Position numbers and translations under genes: made by a program. A DNA stretch of 64,000 nucleotides from a virus. Lineage: Duplodnaviria; Caudoviricetes. The notes below the pieces were generated by a model. It did not search any database. It was given only the letters and a program-made list of their open reading frames with translations, and had not been told where the DNA came from. Of this stretch, positions 1 through 7,552 are shown piece by piece; position 1 is the first letter of the stretch, and the number at the start of each line of letters is the position of its first letter. Where the stretch lies: IMG/VR virus record IMGVR_UViG_3300037722_001090. One strand, given 5' to 3'.

Positions 1-249
1 TTTAACGAATCCTCGTATCCAGAGTTTAGTTAGAATACCTGATTTACGCATAATTACATGAGCTGCCATCATGTTATACTCATACATGACAAACAACTTA
101 CGTAACATACGATACTCACGATGACTATAGATCCAATTAAAGAACACAAGTGCAAGAATAGCAAGTATGTTCCAGAACCAGAACTCGCTGAATATATGTA
201 AGTAAGGATTTATATATGCAACGGCTTTATCGAACCATTCTCTAAACAT
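1..249 (-). CDS. Hypothetical membrane protein, runs off the window edge (MFREWFDKAVAYINPYLHIFSEFWFWNILAILALVFFNW...)
   Basis: Hand-translated. ATG at 249 is preceded by AAGGAG; open to position 1; contains a hydrophobic helix. Confidence 0.7.
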   Translation of the reverse strand, partial: MFREWFDKAVAYINPYLHIFSEFWFWNILAILALVFFNWIYSHREYRMLRKLFVMYEYNMMAAHVIMRKSGILTKLWIRGFVK

Positions 250-258
250 GGCATCTCC

Positions 259-411
259 TTAAATAGTTATCCATCCAGCTGCTTGAGCTTTAGCACCCAA
301 GAAGGCAAAGACAGTTCCTTCAACAGTCAGGTGCAGTAAGTAACCGACAAGCACCCACATTGCCGTAGCAAGTTTGTGATGTCTGCGCATGAAGCGTCTG
401 AAGTTTTGCAT
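259..411 (-). CDS. Small hypothetical membrane protein, 50 aa (MQNFRRFMRRHHKLATAMWVLVGYLLHL...)
   Basis: Start re-assigned to ATG 411 (SD AGGAGG). The longer track ORF crosses a terminator. Confidence 0.75.
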   Translation of the reverse strand: MQNFRRFMRRHHKLATAMWVLVGYLLHLTVEGTVFAFLGAKAQAAGWITI

Positions 412-444
412 ATAGTGCCTCCTGCATAGGTTAAGGGACCATCG

Positions 445-453
445 AGAATAGCA
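445..453 (-). promoter_or_regulatory. Candidate extended -10 promoter element TGCTATTCT
   Basis: An identical 9-mer lies at 1085-1093. Both sit at the same offset (34 nt) from their start codons and resemble TGnTATAAT. Confidence 0.45.
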
Positions 454-459
454 AGTGAA

Positions 460-488
460 TAAAAAAATAGGGGACCCGAAGATCCCCC
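460..488 (-). terminator. Rho-independent terminator
   Basis: GGGGATC-TTCG-GGTCCCC hairpin followed by TATTTTTTT, just after the stop at 497. Confidence 0.85.
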
Positions 489-496
489 ATTCTTGT

Positions 497-1051
497 TTAC
501 TTCTGCAGCTTGGCCGCTTCTTCCGCCTGCTTGCGGAGCGCGAATGCCGAGAGGCCGCCTTCTTCGCCGGTACCAGCGGTGGTCGACTCATCTTCGAGCC
601 GGTTCGTGGTTTTGGCCTTGGGCTGCTTCAAACAGCTCAGGTCGATGTCTTCCGGGGCGATGAACGAGGGGAGCGTGGCAGCACTGCCTTTGAACCGATC
701 GAGCAGCGTGCATTTGCTGTACTCCTGATACTCCACGACGTATTCGCCGCCGGTAGCCGTTTCGCCCCGGTATTCGCCGTGTTTTTCCGACTTGAACGCG
801 AAGGCAATGCGGTCGCCCTCCAAAACCGACAGCCAGGCCTTGTCACGGGCATTTTCGAGCGATCCGTAGATCACGGCACGATTGCCCGAAGCCAGACCGA
901 CGTTGACGATGAAGTCACTGCCGGATTTTTCGTTCCCACGGAGATCTGTTTTGCTGATCCGGGCGACTTCTTCGTCCAGGACCAAACAGATTTTCCCACG
1001 CGCTCCGGAGAGCAACTCGGTGAGTTCTTTGGTGAACTGTTTCTTTTCCAT
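497..1051 (-). CDS. Hypothetical protein, 184 aa, beta-rich with acidic tail (possibly OB-fold/SSB-like)
   Basis: ATG 1051 with SD AAGGAG; markedly GC-rich codons; own terminator. The fold call is a guess. Confidence 0.75.
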   Translation of the reverse strand: MEKKQFTKELTELLSGARGKICLVLDEEVARISKTDLRGNEKSGSDFIVNVGLASGNRAVIYGSLENARDKAWLSVLEGDRIAFAFKSEKHGEYRGETATGGEYVVEYQEYSKCTLLDRFKGSAATLPSFIAPEDIDLSCLKQPKAKTTNRLEDESTTAGTGEEGGLSAFALRKQAEEAAKLQK

Positions 1052-1084
1052 AACGTACTCCTTCAAAAAGTGTAAAAAGGTTCA

Positions 1085-1174
1085 AGAATAGCACGTACTC
1101 ACACACCCATAGTGTAAGTCAGTAGCTCTTTTTTCTCATAGATAGCACAGGACACGCACTCTCGTAGATAGCAC
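1085..1174 (-). promoter_or_regulatory. Three tandem GTGCTAT motifs (candidate promoter/operator array)
   Basis: ATAGCAC at 1088, 1142 and 1168 (+ strand); CTC(A/G)TAGATAGCAC direct repeat at 1135-1148 and 1161-1174. Confidence 0.5.
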
Positions 1175-1340
1175 GAATCTACGCATACGTACACTGTATT
1201 AGATATATAGACCTTAGGCCCTTCGTGTGATACCAGGCCCGTCGTAAGTGTAGAAGCGTCAAGGCTTCAATAGCTATACTCTGCTTGCTGGCTCCAGGTC
1301 AACGGTGGAGCACCATACCGTACAGCTCGCATTATATAGC

Positions 1341-1375
1341 TAATAAAAAAAGGGAGCCCGTTAGGACCCCCTTTT
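1341..1375 (-). terminator. Rho-independent terminator
   Basis: GC-rich imperfect hairpin followed by TTTTTTTATTA on the minus strand. Confidence 0.75.
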
Positions 1376-1384
1376 AATTACATA

Positions 1385-1654
1385 CTAATACCTACGCCAA
1401 TAACAACCCTCACCTATTGATATTCCATGAGACGTTGGCCCACAATAATGACCATCAGTAATAGACGAAGCTCTACTCCCTGTAGGAAGAGGATCCTTAC
1501 CAACTAAGAACTTATTCATTCTTAGTCTACCAATCTCCTTATCAATAGCGTTCATTCTATTCTTCACCTTCTGTCTATCTTCTTTACTGATGGGACGACC
1601 AAGTCTTAATTCAAGATCAGCACTCTCCATAAACAACGCATCTACTCTGTGCAT
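1385..1654 (-). CDS. Hypothetical protein, 89 aa
   Basis: ORF track; follows the RNAP gene and ends before a terminator. Confidence 0.6.
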   Translation of the reverse strand: MHRVDALFMESADLELRLGRPISKEDRQKVKNRMNAIDKEIGRLRMNKFLVGKDPLPTGSRASSITDGHYCGPTSHGISIGEGCYWRRY

Positions 1655-1710
1655 GATATAAACCTTTCTAGGCAGTTTAACGACATGCCCAGGTCAGTAA
1701 GAGTTAACTA

Positions 1711-4700
1711 TTAGAGATCGCCTTCACCCTGAGCCATGATACGATCCATGTACTCAGTAGCCTCACGCTCGATACGTTTACGGATATTCTCCGCCACAGC
1801 AATCTCAACATCCTTAATGTACGGATTGTCAGGATTCACACGCTTAGCAAGAGGAATGATGAACTTATCCGCATCGAACAGCCAGAACAAGCTGCCAGGC
1901 TTACTGGTAATCTTATCCGCACCAGTATCCCTGTCCTGACCAGACCAAGTGCCGAAAGACTGAACACCAATCGACAACATGAGCTGCTCCTTAAACTCAT
2001 CCATGAAGAAGCGATAATCAGGCTTACCGAAATACTTCTTACAAGCAAACTCAGCAATGATATCAATGTAACCGCGATAATCATTGGCAAGTGCAGCCCA
2101 GGCAATACGACGAGCCCTCTTGTCCACAATGAGAGACTTGTCATCCTGCAGAATCCTGGAATGCAGAGAATACCCCTCAATGATGGTACCATAAAGATTA
2201 CCACCATTAATGAGCAGGCTAGTAGCATTCAATACGAACTGAGGAGTCCAAGGAAGCTCAGCTTTGAGCTGCCTGAATTCACTATGAAGTGCTACCTTCT
2301 TTGCCCATTCAGTACGACAAAGATTACGCATATCAGTACTGTCCGAATGACGAGTAGTACAACTCACATCACGCAGAACATTAAGGACATGGCGGTAAGG
2401 GTTATATTCACTGCACTTGATATCCTGCAACTTACGGATAATCGCCTTCATGCAAAGATGCGGAATACCCTTAACGCTACTGTTCCCTCCATCCTTACGG
2501 AGAGCGCAGTAATCCTGAGGAGCAGAACGCAGCGGCATAACACGGCCATTAACACCATAAAGGCGAGTAATGGTTGCTGCAGCATCTTCCTCAGCAGAAA
2601 TGTCATGATGCTTCATGCCATCAATTGCAAGCTGGACAATCTCACCCATATGCATGATCTGAGCAGGAGTGAGAGGAGTACCATTCCACCAATTCTCGAA
2701 GATGATCTGCCGAGACAGGTTATCCAGAGAGCCAGTATCAATAGCACTCTGAGCAATAGCCAAGTAAGCCCTATAGGTCTGAGTGACAAATGCTTCTTCA
2801 CTCATAAGGCCTTTGGCTTTAGCCTTCTTCTCCTTAACAGGAGGGAGAGGACGCTCAGTTACAGGGAATGCGATGTCAGGATGAGGGAATACAATACAAG
2901 TATCCCCATCGACATCACCGAACATAGTCCAGAGAGCCCTTGCGCTAAGCTCAATGCAATCCGTAGTACCATTCAACTTGTGATGATGAAACTCCATGAA
3001 GTTACCATCACCAACAACCGGATTACGACCAATGTTCCATTTAGTATCGGGCCCAAGAAGCTTCGTGAACTTCTTCTTGCTGGGACCGTTGAACATATAG
3101 ACCTTCTCATTAGTCTCCAGAAAATGCTTATACTCGAGCAGGTCAAGCTCTTCATTAACCTCCAAGTAGAAGGCCAAATCAGACAGCCGCACCTTATACA
3201 CATTCTGGATCAAGTAAGTCCAAATACGAGCCATCATAACAGTAATGCGACTCGTATACATAGGAACACGCCAATCACCAAGCTCTTCGTCATATTTAGT
3301 GAAGAGGAAAGCCTTAAGTGGCTCACTAATAGCATCGTCCATAGTGGCTTCAGCATCCGACTTCAAGATACTGAGATAGCCACTAGCCTTACCTGCCAAT
3401 GCATCAACTACGATCTGCGCATTAGGAATCGCAGTCTCCACAATACGAGACACAAGCTCACTGTCCAAACGAACAGACTGAACACCAAGCGACGACTTTC
3501 CATCACTAACCTTGATTGCAACAATACGCAATGCAGGTTTCTCAGGAGTAATGGGAATAAGCACGATATCACCATGCTTGAGCCGGCCCTTCTGCGTTTT
3601 AAAGTTACCAAGACCCATGATAGCATCCTGATCCTCAAGATTGAAGCCATACTCTTCAACCTTCTCCTCATACCTGTTCACATGAAACATACACTTGCCC
3701 TTGAAGCTAGGCATCACATCACCAACCTTGAATTGGTAGATAGAAGGATTGGTCACGGCCAACTCAGCCATTACCTTAACATCAGCCTCATCAAATACAT
3801 GATAGCTCCTCGCCTGAGCATTTCCGTTAACACGCTCCTCTTTAGGAGGCTTAGGCACAGTCACTTCCTTGCCAGCAGTAACTGCAGCATTATACTCCTC
3901 CATCTGCTTAGCAAACCTCTTAAGCTCACTGACAGGAGTGTACCACATGCTAAGACAAGTAAGCATGTTACCATCGTTAAGAGGGTGTCCGCCCCAACCA
4001 GTCATATGTTCGGTGCGAGGAGTGTGACCAACAATCTCATCATTAATAACGCGCACACGAAGATACTGAGCATTCTCCGTACTTGCGATCTGATAAGGAT
4101 TGGGCGTCATGAACGTACCAGTAGGCTTAAACGGATTGTCATGATTACGAGGATCGTCACCCATCAACTCTGTCCAATCCTCAAGATATGCCTTACCAAG
4201 CAAAGGTTCACTCTTCTTAGCATTACCAAGTACGTGCTTGGCTTCACTAGCGGCTACATCCTGCATACGCTTGAAGATCTTAACCCTGTTGTTAGAGTCG
4301 TGCTCTTCAATAGACATAGGGATAACCTTGCCTCCCTTGCACCACTCATAGAATGGCGAGTTCGAGGCAATCTCAATCATGGCATCAGTACCATTAATGA
4401 CAAAGTCCGTACCGATAACCACCTCCTTTTGTACCGGATCACCATGCTCATCAATGCCTGCTTGCGTTTCAGTGATCTCAATCACCGCACCAGTATAGAC
4501 AATGCCCTTAACTTTCTCAAGCGTAGGGCTAAGTCCATGCAACCTGATCTTCGGATCATTCTCCGAGACAGGGTTAACTGCACCACTATACTCTTTAGGC
4601 TTAGTGGCGATAAGGCTGAGCTTCCTGTTCTTCATGGCATCTCCCTTGTTGTGGGCCTCCAGTTTGTCTTTGAACAGTTGCACCTGCTCTTTAACGGTGC

Positions 4701-5322
4701 CCTGTTTGACGAAGGCCGAAATTTCAATCTCTTTGAATCCAGCCAATTTGAGAATCTGCTGGTCCGACTTACCCCTGATGAGTGCTTCGGTTGCGCGACG
4801 GGCCTTTCTTCCCTGAGCAACAAACATGTCCTGAATGATCCTGTTCATATCTGCCAATTTGTCATTGCGCTCCACCTTGGAACGGACATCTTTGAGCTGG
4901 AACTCATAAATAGAGTTAACCAACTCCATGCCTTCGAGCTTTCTGAACTCAGACCGATGCATACCGATCTTATAGGCAATGAGACGTAAGTCGTCATCGC
5001 CACCCTCTTTGTTGAGGATGTTGATCAGCGTGGTCTTGTTCTTGAACCCTTCCGGATCCTCGAATTCCTCAGGCAGCAGAGAACGGCTCATGAACTCATA
5101 AATCACGATGCGCAGACGATCAGCAGTTGCCGCATTGTACGTGGTGTACAAAGGAACGCCGAGGTCCTTCGCGATCTCCTTGAGGGCAGTGATACCCTTT
5201 TCATCAAGACCCTTCTTCTTGATGATGACTTTAATCTGCGTCTGGTTCATGTGTACCTCCTTGTGGTTAGATTTCTTGCCATTAACGCCATTGCCATTGG
5301 TGTTACCGTTGTGCTGTGTCAT
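1711..5322 (-). CDS. Single-subunit double-psi-beta-barrel RNA polymerase (YonO / QDE-1-RdRP-like), probably non-virion
   Basis: GRNPVV (R766) lies 37 aa before GDVDGD (D803; nt 2902-2916), matching the beta-prime R-x-P...DxDGD arrangement. YQFKVG...FKGKC resembles the cellular-RdRP Q-x-R-x-G...KG motif, and QLAIDGMKH follows. Start set at ATG 5322 (SD GGAGGT). Confidence 0.85.
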   Translation of the reverse strand: MTQHNGNTNGNGVNGKKSNHKEVHMNQTQIKVIIKKKGLDEKGITALKEIAKDLGVPLYTTYNAATADRLRIVIYEFMSRSLLPEEFEDPEGFKNKTTLINILNKEGGDDDLRLIAYKIGMHRSEFRKLEGMELVNSIYEFQLKDVRSKVERNDKLADMNRIIQDMFVAQGRKARRATEALIRGKSDQQILKLAGFKEIEISAFVKQGTVKEQVQLFKDKLEAHNKGDAMKNRKLSLIATKPKEYSGAVNPVSENDPKIRLHGLSPTLEKVKGIVYTGAVIEITETQAGIDEHGDPVQKEVVIGTDFVINGTDAMIEIASNSPFYEWCKGGKVIPMSIEEHDSNNRVKIFKRMQDVAASEAKHVLGNAKKSEPLLGKAYLEDWTELMGDDPRNHDNPFKPTGTFMTPNPYQIASTENAQYLRVRVINDEIVGHTPRTEHMTGWGGHPLNDGNMLTCLSMWYTPVSELKRFAKQMEEYNAAVTAGKEVTVPKPPKEERVNGNAQARSYHVFDEADVKVMAELAVTNPSIYQFKVGDVMPSFKGKCMFHVNRYEEKVEEYGFNLEDQDAIMGLGNFKTQKGRLKHGDIVLIPITPEKPALRIVAIKVSDGKSSLGVQSVRLDSELVSRIVETAIPNAQIVVDALAGKASGYLSILKSDAEATMDDAISEPLKAFLFTKYDEELGDWRVPMYTSRITVMMARIWTYLIQNVYKVRLSDLAFYLEVNEELDLLEYKHFLETNEKVYMFNGPSKKKFTKLLGPDTKWNIGRNPVVGDGNFMEFHHHKLNGTTDCIELSARALWTMFGDVDGDTCIVFPHPDIAFPVTERPLPPVKEKKAKAKGLMSEEAFVTQTYRAYLAIAQSAIDTGSLDNLSRQIIFENWWNGTPLTPAQIMHMGEIVQLAIDGMKHHDISAEEDAAATITRLYGVNGRVMPLRSAPQDYCALRKDGGNSSVKGIPHLCMKAIIRKLQDIKCSEYNPYRHVLNVLRDVSCTTRHSDSTDMRNLCRTEWAKKVALHSEFRQLKAELPWTPQFVLNATSLLINGGNLYGTIIEGYSLHSRILQDDKSLIVDKRARRIAWAALANDYRGYIDIIAEFACKKYFGKPDYRFFMDEFKEQLMLSIGVQSFGTWSGQDRDTGADKITSKPGSLFWLFDADKFIIPLAKRVNPDNPYIKDVEIAVAENIRKRIEREATEYMDRIMAQGEGDL

Positions 5323-5362
5323 AGACACCTCCAAAGAATGAATATGCGATATGCATACTACG

Positions 5363-5397
5363 TTAAAAAAAAGGGCAGACCCGAAGGCCCACCCTTT
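5363..5397 (-). terminator. Rho-independent terminator
   Basis: AGGGTGGGCC-TTCG-GGTCTGCCCT hairpin followed by a T run. Confidence 0.85.
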
Positions 5398-5401
5398 AAT
5401 T

Positions 5402-5617
5402 TTACTTCTTCAGCATTTGTCTTTGCAGATCAATACCGATCTGTGCTGCAAGATCGAAGTATTGGATCATCCTAGCATACCTATGCATATGCCTTTCATA
5501 TCCTTCCTTGTCGCCAATCTGAAGCGACAGCAATGCTGCTTCCAGATGAATCCTGGCATTCCTATGGTACCAGATGCCAATTCTAATGTACCGCCTCTTC
5601 TTCTTATGGTTCTTCAT
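5402..5617 (-). CDS. Basic hypothetical protein, 71 aa (MKNHKKKRRYIRIG...)
   Basis: Start re-assigned to ATG 5617 (SD AAGGAG); overlaps the upstream gene's stop. Confidence 0.7.
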   Translation of the reverse strand: MKNHKKKRRYIRIGIWYHRNARIHLEAALLSLQIGDKEGYERHMHRYARMIQYFDLAAQIGIDLQRQMLKK

Positions 5618-5867
5618 GACAAGCTCCTTTCTCTTCATCAAGGCGAGTATAAATCTCAATCACTGTCAATCTAGACTGACCAGTGATAGCCATAGCGTAC
5701 AATACACTATAGCCGTTTTCATAACACTGCTCCACACTCATTTGCATAAGACCTCCTTTCATAATGCGAATAAGCCCCTGACTACACTTAGGACACAGAT
5801 CGTCCGCGACATCATACGTATTAAGTTCCATCACACTATAACACGTACTGCAAACAAACTTAGCCAT
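5604..5867 (-). CDS. Zinc-ribbon protein, 87 aa (CSTC-x15-CPKC)
   Basis: ATG 5867 with SD AAAGGAG; two CxxC pairs. Confidence 0.7.
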   Translation of the reverse strand: MAKFVCSTCYSVMELNTYDVADDLCPKCSQGLIRIMKGGLMQMSVEQCYENGYSVLYAMAITGQSRLTVIEIYTRLDEEKGACHEEP

Positions 5868-5928
5868 CACACCACTCCTTTCTTCCCCTACACCCACTAT
5901 AAAACCTACACTTGTTTCTTTTGCACAT
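5860..5928 (-). CDS. Cys-rich micro-protein, 22 aa (MCKRNKCRFYSGCRGRKEWCDG)
   Basis: Hand-translated; SD AGGAGG; its end overlaps the next gene's start. Confidence 0.5.
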   Translation of the reverse strand: MCKRNKCRFYSGCRGRKEWCDG

Positions 5929-6030
5929 ACGCTTATTCCTCCTCTTCCTCTTCGTGGCAGCACTCACAGGTAAAGCCAGTAATCTCACCAATACACCAGT
6001 ATTTATCTTCTTCACACAGTTAGTTAATTG

Positions 6031-6174
6031 TTAGATCCAGCTGTTAAAGGTAGCAGTAGCAGCACTACTACCCATTTTAAGCGACAAGTAACGCACAGCT
6101 TGCACATTACTAATGGCTCCAGCTTTGAATAGCAACTGGACACGGAAGATACGACGGCCTGCATGCTTGCCCAT
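6031..6174 (-). CDS. Hypothetical protein, 47 aa (MGKHAGRRIFRVQLLFKAG...)
   Basis: Hand-translated; SD AAAGGAG; abuts the upstream ORF's stop. Confidence 0.65.
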   Translation of the reverse strand: MGKHAGRRIFRVQLLFKAGAISNVQAVRYLSLKMGSSAATATFNSWI

Positions 6175-6176
6175 AC

Positions 6177-6251
6177 TCACACTCCTTTCAGTTCAGGTAC
6201 AAATACAATAGCCATCCAGAACGACACCCACACTAATGCAACAATAGTCAT
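6177..6251 (-). CDS. Hydrophobic micro-peptide, 24 aa (MTIVALVWVSFWMAIVFVPELKGV)
   Basis: Hand-translated; SD AAGGAG; first ORF of its cassette. Confidence 0.55.
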   Translation of the reverse strand: MTIVALVWVSFWMAIVFVPELKGV

Positions 6252-6287
6252 GGCTCTTCTCCTTAGATATATGTGCATAATTGCACC

Positions 6288-6320
6288 TAATAAAAAAAGG
6301 GGCTAAAGAACAGCCCCTTT
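6288..6320 (-). terminator. Rho-independent terminator
   Basis: AGGGGCT...AGCCCCT hairpin followed by TTTTTTATTAGG. Confidence 0.85.
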
Positions 6321-6325
6321 AATTA

Positions 6326-6583
6326 CTACCCGATCATTCTAAGTCCTCTAGCGTGAGGAACAATCTTGACAGTCGCACTTTCATACTTGCCAAGGACCTC
6401 ATACAGCTCCTCCAGATGATCGAAATCACCCTTAAGAGTACGATTAATTACCTTTTTGCAAGCCCCATCCTTAGCAAGGCTTCTCCAAGAGGAAGTTATC
6501 CTTCTTTCCAGTTGCCCAATCTTCTGATCAAGGATATTGAGCTCGTCTTCAACAACCATTTTGTTCGCTGCGATAACCATCAT
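6326..6583 (-). CDS. Hypothetical helical protein, 85 aa
   Basis: ORF track; SD GGAGGT; flanked by terminators. Confidence 0.75.
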   Translation of the reverse strand: MMVIAANKMVVEDELNILDQKIGQLERRITSSWRSLAKDGACKKVINRTLKGDFDHLEELYEVLGKYESATVKIVPHARGLRMIG

Positions 6584-6630
6584 GTTACACCTCCAAGGAA
6601 TTTGATATCACCGATATGGCGATATACCTA

Positions 6631-6659
6631 TTAAAAAAAAAGGGACCCGAAGGCCCCTT
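6631..6659 (-). terminator. Rho-independent terminator
   Basis: AAGGGGCC-TTCG-GGTCCCTT hairpin followed by a T run. Confidence 0.85.
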
Positions 6660-6663
6660 GATT

Positions 6664-6861
6664 TTATATAACTCTTAGCATCATCACATAAGTGCCTCCA
6701 ATTACATTATAGTTTTTAATAACTATATTTACCTCTTCGCATAACTTTAATTCCCTTTTGACCTTTTCGCCTAATATAATACCATCATATTTAGCACCAA
6801 AATCTACAACAACATAAGCACCAGTCTGCACAACAACACCTCTCTTTACAGCACCTAACAT
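6664..6861 (-). CDS. Stand-alone S1-domain protein, 65 aa, resembling ribosomal protein bS1 domain 1
   Basis: GAVKRGVVV..YVVVDFGAKYDGII..ELKLCEEVNIVI aligns by eye with E. coli bS1 GSIVRGVVV..VVLVDAGLKSESAI..EIQVGDEVDVAL (recalled from memory). SD GGAGGT before ATG 6861. Confidence 0.7.
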   Translation of the reverse strand: MLGAVKRGVVVQTGAYVVVDFGAKYDGIILGEKVKRELKLCEEVNIVIKNYNVIGGTYVMMLRVI

Positions 6862-6918
6862 AACTACCTCCAAGTATAAGAATTAAACTTACGCACACAT
6901 ACTATATATGTACATATC

Positions 6919-6947
6919 TAATAAAAAAGGGCCTATTGTAGCGCCCC
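6919..6947 (-). terminator. Probable rho-independent terminator
   Basis: Weaker GGGGC...GCCC hairpin followed by TTTTTTATTAG. Confidence 0.6.
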
Positions 6948-6953
6948 ACATTA

Positions 6954-7097
6954 TTACTTGTACTGAGTATCGCGATAATGCTTCCAAGTACGAAGATCAT
7001 GATTATAATTATGATTTACGCGCAGACGACGCACACGCACTTGAAGTGCCTCTTTACGTAAATTCCAACCACCACATACTGGACAAGTATGAGCCAT
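6954..7097 (-). CDS. Basic hypothetical protein, 47 aa, with CPVC knuckle
   Basis: Hand-translated MAHTCPVCGGWNLRKEALQVRVRR...; SD AAGGAG; bounded by terminators. Confidence 0.7.
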   Translation of the reverse strand: MAHTCPVCGGWNLRKEALQVRVRRLRVNHNYNHDLRTWKHYRDTQYK

Positions 7098-7131
7098 AAT
7101 AGTTCTCCTTGTTATGGTACATTATTGTACC

Positions 7132-7162
7132 TAATAAAAAAGCGGGGCAATATGCACCCCGC
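7132..7162 (-). terminator. Rho-independent terminator
   Basis: GCGGGG(T)GCATATTGCCCCGC hairpin followed by TTTTTTATTAGG. Confidence 0.85.
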
Positions 7163-7176
7163 CTCTATATAACCCC

Positions 7177-7350
7177 CTATGCCATGCATCTACCAGCATA
7201 GAGCTGCATGAAGACATCTCTCGGCATGAGATCTCCGCCTATGTATGTGCCCATATCTTGCACTATGCATGCCTCAGGTAGGAAGGCCTCTGCAGCCTCC
7301 CTATCGCATCTCTCGATAGCTTCTTCAATGGACCTACAGATGATAGTCAT
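7177..7350 (-). CDS. Hypothetical protein, 57 aa (MTIICRSIEEAIERCD...)
   Basis: Hand-translated; SD AAAGGAG. Confidence 0.7.
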   Translation of the reverse strand: MTIICRSIEEAIERCDREAAEAFLPEACIVQDMGTYIGGDLMPRDVFMQLYAGRCMA

Positions 7351-7380
7351 GGTATCTCTCCTTTAGTTAATGGTTAATAG

Positions 7381-7491
7381 TTAGATATATAGGCATAGTG
7401 CGACAAGCACCATACCCACAACGAACGGGTACAACTCTTGGGCCATGATACGCCCCTTCCCAACCTTACTCTTACCCTGATACATACGCAT
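7381..7491 (-). CDS. Small protein, 36 aa, with C-terminal hydrophobic helix
   Basis: Hand-translated MRMYQGKSKVGKGRIMAQELYPFVVGMVLVALCLYI; SD GGAGGT. Confidence 0.6.
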   Translation of the reverse strand: MRMYQGKSKVGKGRIMAQELYPFVVGMVLVALCLYI

Positions 7492-7522
7492 AGTACACCT
7501 CCACTATATAGGCATGATTGCC

Positions 7523-7552
7523 TAATAAAAAAAACGGGGGTTATTAGCCCCC
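7523..7552 (-). terminator. Rho-independent terminator
   Basis: CGGGGGCTAATAACCCCCG hairpin followed by a T run and ATTAGG. Confidence 0.85.

Noticed and set aside
455-1075. 206-aa plus-strand ORF
   Set aside because: In-register shadow of the 184-aa minus gene; RBS and terminators support only the minus strand.
2161-4989. 942-aa plus-strand ORF antisense to the RNAP
   Set aside because: It is in exact codon register with the sense gene, has no SD or motifs, and is explained by avoidance of TTA/CTA/TCA. Treated as a shadow ORF.
5933-6019. Cys-rich acidic reading frame (L)CEEDKYWCIGEITGFTCECCHEEEEEE on the minus strand
   Set aside because: It looks protein-like but has only a CTG after an in-frame stop and no SD. 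It may be a remnant, so it is not called.
6908-7099. 63-aa plus-strand ORF in the track
   Set aside because: It overlaps a terminator and a better-supported minus ORF (6954-7097) that has an SD.
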